Assembly (NCBI GenBank): GCA_017609385.1
Contig: JAFCEA010000004.1
Coordinates: 1-37,730 of the forward strand
Direction: 5' to 3'
Length of the DNA stretch: 37,730 bases
Origin: Candidatus Woesearchaeota archaeon
GTDB lineage: Archaea; Nanobdellota; Nanobdellia; Woesearchaeales; CG1-02-33-12
The notes under the pieces are model-generated. The model was not told where the DNA came from. It saw nothing but the letters and a program-made list of their open reading frames with translations, and did no database searches. Position numbers and translations under genes: made by a program. Numbering within the stretch: the stretch's first letter is position 1; the number at the start of each line of letters is the position of its first letter. Shown piece by piece: positions 34,913 to 37,730 of this stretch.

Positions 34913-35779
34913 TTACCTTTTTATGAATGAAGCAGCACCTAAAATAGCAGCATCCTCTAACCTGCCCTTAATAATTATTGGGTTTTTATTTACATAGACC
35001 CTTTCTTTGACTGTTTTTTTCATGTTTTTTGAGAAAAATTTCCAAGCATTTGAAATACCGCCGCCAATAATTATAACATCAGGATCAAAAATATTTACAA
35101 AATTTGCAACAGCAATACCAAGATAAAAACCCATTTTTTCAAAAACTTTTATTGCTTTTTTGTTTCCCTTTAATGCAAGTTTATAGGCATCTAAAGGAGT
35201 TTTTGCCTTTAGGCCTTTTGCAAGCCTCATAATTCCTCTGGCGCTTATGTATTCTTCAAGACAGCCCCTATTTCCACATTTGCTTCTTGTTCCATCAAAT
35301 TTTATTGTCATATGACCAAGCTCTCCTGCATTAATTCTTCCATGAAATATTTTTTTATTAACAACAATCCCTCCTCCAACACCTGTGCCAATGGTTAGTC
35401 CAATAACACAGTTATGTTTTTTTCCACTGCCATAAAGAGCTTCTCCAAGAGTAAAGCAGTTAGCATCATTATCAACAAACACTGGAACCTTGAATTTTTT
35501 CTCTAATATTTTTTTTAGATTAACTTTTTTAAATGGAATATTCTTTGGGTTTATGATAAGGCCTTTTCTATAATCCAATGGTCCTGGAGAGCCTATCCCA
35601 ATTCCTACTACCTCTTTTGTCATTACATTGTTGATGGCCTTAACAAGATTTTTTATAACAATATTTTTTCCTTTGTTTGGCTCTGTTTTTACCTCTACCT
35701 TTTTAATCACTTTACCACCAAGAACTAATCCAGCCCTTATGTTAGTTCCTCCCAAGTCAACTCCAATAGTATATTTCAT
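34913..35779 (-). CDS. glk: ROK-family sugar kinase (glucokinase)
   Basis: GVDLGGT, DNDANC, GTGVGGG, AGELGH, C.CGNRGCLEEY. Confidence 0.9.
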   Translation of the reverse strand: MKYTIGVDLGGTNIRAGLVLGGKVIKKVEVKTEPNKGKNIVIKNLVKAINNVMTKEVVGIGIGSPGPLDYRKGLIINPKNIPFKKVNLKKILEKKFKVPVFVDNDANCFTLGEALYGSGKKHNCVIGLTIGTGVGGGIVVNKKIFHGRINAGELGHMTIKFDGTRSKCGNRGCLEEYISARGIMRLAKGLKAKTPLDAYKLALKGNKKAIKVFEKMGFYLGIAVANFVNIFDPDVIIIGGGISNAWKFFSKNMKKTVKERVYVNKNPIIIKGRLEDAAILGAASFIKR

Positions 35780-35836
35780 TTTCTAAAGTATTTTTTTAAG
35801 GTCTCTTATTTTGTTTATATAATAATCAATATAAGA

Positions 35837-36829
35837 TCACAACCCTTTTTTTAGCTCTTCAATCACCTCAACCGGTGTTGGGTCTGTGCCATACTTTAAT
35901 GCCAGGTAATAAGATGTTAGGTCACCAAGATAGATTGCTGAGAACAGCTTTGTTAAAAAACATTCTCCTTTAATAACCATCTCAGTTACATTAATGCCTG
36001 CCTCTGAGATAAGCCTTTTTGTTATATCAATTCTTTTCTTTACTTTAACATAATCATCATCATCTTTTATTATTATTACATGATACCCGGCCTTTATGTT
36101 GCCATATCCAACAAGCTCATTATGGTCTAATTCAGGAAATACATGACAGAATGCATGAACCTTTGCATTCTCATTAAACTGTGTTTTCCATCTGTATGCA
36201 ACAACACCCATTCTTTCTGAGGTATATATCAATGGTATTTTTTCAACAAGCTTTTCAGCAAGGTCCTGTGCCCTTTCCTTGAATTTAGGGTTTTTTAATG
36301 TCTTAATTGTCTTTTTTATATCCTCTACTGGATTATCAATGAAGTGTGAGTTATATAGCACAGTCAGCATAGGGAAGAACAAATAGGCAAGGGCTGCCCT
36401 TGGCTGAAATCCTTTTGGAATAATAATGCATGGTATTTTGCTTATTTTTGAGAGCTCTTCTAATTTTCCTCCAGTTGTTATGACTACCATGTTCATATTC
36501 TTTCTCTGAGCTGTTCTATAAGCAGAGATTGTTTCTTCTGTGTTCCCTGAGTATGATAGAATAAACAAAAGAGTTTCTTTTCCAACAAGTTCAGGCAGAA
36601 AATAATTTCTGTTAACCCTTACATCAATCTTATCTTTAAGATATGCCTTTAAAATATCTCCTGATACAGCGCTGCCTCCCATTCCAGCAACCATAATCCT
36701 CTTTATTGGCTCTGTTACCTTAACATCCTTTGCAAGCTTTACAGCCTCTGCTATTTGCTCAGGAATGCTTTCTAGAACTTCGATCATATTGGATTTATCT
36801 GTTTGATTGGTTTCATCCATATATACCAC
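35837..36829 (-). CDS. Bifunctional phosphoglucose/phosphomannose isomerase (SIS)
   Basis: GMGGSAVSGD, SYSGNTEET, QPRAAL, RWKTQFNENAK, PELDHNE, DPTPV. Confidence 0.93.
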   Translation of the reverse strand: MVYMDETNQTDKSNMIEVLESIPEQIAEAVKLAKDVKVTEPIKRIMVAGMGGSAVSGDILKAYLKDKIDVRVNRNYFLPELVGKETLLFILSYSGNTEETISAYRTAQRKNMNMVVITTGGKLEELSKISKIPCIIIPKGFQPRAALAYLFFPMLTVLYNSHFIDNPVEDIKKTIKTLKNPKFKERAQDLAEKLVEKIPLIYTSERMGVVAYRWKTQFNENAKVHAFCHVFPELDHNELVGYGNIKAGYHVIIIKDDDDYVKVKKRIDITKRLISEAGINVTEMVIKGECFLTKLFSAIYLGDLTSYYLALKYGTDPTPVEVIEELKKGL

Positions 36830-36972
36830 CCATCATAATACTTATTTGACTATTATTTATAGTTTTCTAAAAACAGTTAAGAGAAAACTTTTTAAACAAA
36901 CTAAAACTCCTGTTCTAAAATGGATGTGGGCAGTTGCTTGCCTGAACTAAAACAAAATAATGGAGGCTAAAA

Positions 36973-37434
36973 ATGAGTTTATACAAATATGTGAGAATGC
37001 TTTGGAAAAGCCCAAAAAAGAATTTAAAGGGAATCTGGTCAAAAAGGCTTATTGAGTGGAGAAAAGAGCCAGTAACAATAAGGATTGAAAGGCCAACAAG
37101 AATTGATGCTGCTCGTTCTTTGGGTTATAAGGCAAAGCAGGGATATGTTGTTGTAAGGCAAAGGCTTATTCGTGGTGGAAGGCAAAGGCCCGATATAAAA
37201 AAAGGAAGAAGGCCAAAGCACAGCACACAAAGAAAAGTTCTTTCAAAAAACTATCAGCAGATAGCTGAAGAGAGAGTAAACAAAAAATACAAGAACTGCG
37301 AAGTCTTAAATTCTTATTATGTTGGGAAAGACGGCAAACATTTCTGGTATGAAGTGATTTTAGTAGATAAATCACACCCTTCAATAATAGCTGATAAAAG
37401 GATAAGCTGGAAGGAAAGGGCGCTGAAAAAGTAA
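36973..37434 (+). CDS. rpl15e: 50S ribosomal protein L15e, C-terminally truncated/frameshifted
   Basis: WRKEP...RIERPTRIDAARSLGYKAKQG...GRRPK...LNSYYVG.DG...WYEVILVD. The conserved GKGAEKVR tail is in another frame (37413-37469). Confidence 0.92.
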   Translation: MSLYKYVRMLWKSPKKNLKGIWSKRLIEWRKEPVTIRIERPTRIDAARSLGYKAKQGYVVVRQRLIRGGRQRPDIKKGRRPKHSTQRKVLSKNYQQIAEERVNKKYKNCEVLNSYYVGKDGKHFWYEVILVDKSHPSIIADKRISWKERALKK

Positions 37435-37730
37435 GAAGCAAGCCAAATCAAAAGAAAAGAAGGATTTAATTCGAAACCTTTATAAATTTTAATCTTTTTA
37501 TTCTTTGCGGAAAAGAAGGGACTTTAGAGAAAGTAAAGCCAATGCAGAAGATAATAGATGAAGTTATTGATGAGATGGACTCATAATTAAACCAACATAT
37601 AATTAGTCTAATAGTTTTATATGCTCTGGCTTGGTAAGAAATTCCTCTTTCTTTAGGTCTTCGATAAATTCCCTTAAAAAATCAAAACATTTATATAAGA
37701 CCTATTACAATTATGTTATATATGTTACAA

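Noticed and set aside
877-37441. Numerous short antisense or overlapping ORFs within housekeeping genes
   Set aside because: Shadow frames of well-supported genes with no motifs or start signals.
37470-37730. Short ORF MQKIIDEVIDEMDS and TATA-like motifs at the window end
   Set aside because: Too short to support; probably intergenic or a promoter for a gene beyond the window.

Overview
AT-rich archaeal chromosomal segment, most consistent with a DPANN (Woesearchaeota/Pacearchaeota-like) genome. That placement is inferred from the split RpoB''/B' and RpoA'/A'' genes, the histone, the archaeal r-proteins and an ITGxV-motif membrane ORF. Core content: the RNA polymerase operon (rpoH-B''-B'-A'-A''-L30e-nusA-S12), the L7Ae-S28e-L24e-ndk-EF2 / EF1a-S10 cluster, Lhr plus a metallophosphoesterase, Rad50, ROK kinase, PGI/PMI and L15e. 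There are nine tRNA genes, eight of them with introns. Two things stand out. (1) A modular, covarying hairpin repeat occupies the T-loop (59/60) introns of tRNA-Glu, -Ser and -Pro and also occurs as a free copy right after tRNA-Pro, suggesting a non-autonomous mobile element that shelters in spliced tRNA introns. (2) A ~3 kb island next to rad50, bounded by a decayed duplicate of the rad50 5' region and promoter, encodes a Cys-rich peptide and a radical SAM/SPASM enzyme, each followed by an attC-like palindrome. Also notable: two RNAP active-site substitutions (NADYDGD, GYNVDD), a catalytically degenerate UppS, an EarP-like GT-B protein and a frameshifted L15e C-terminus. All calls are by eye; no searches were run.
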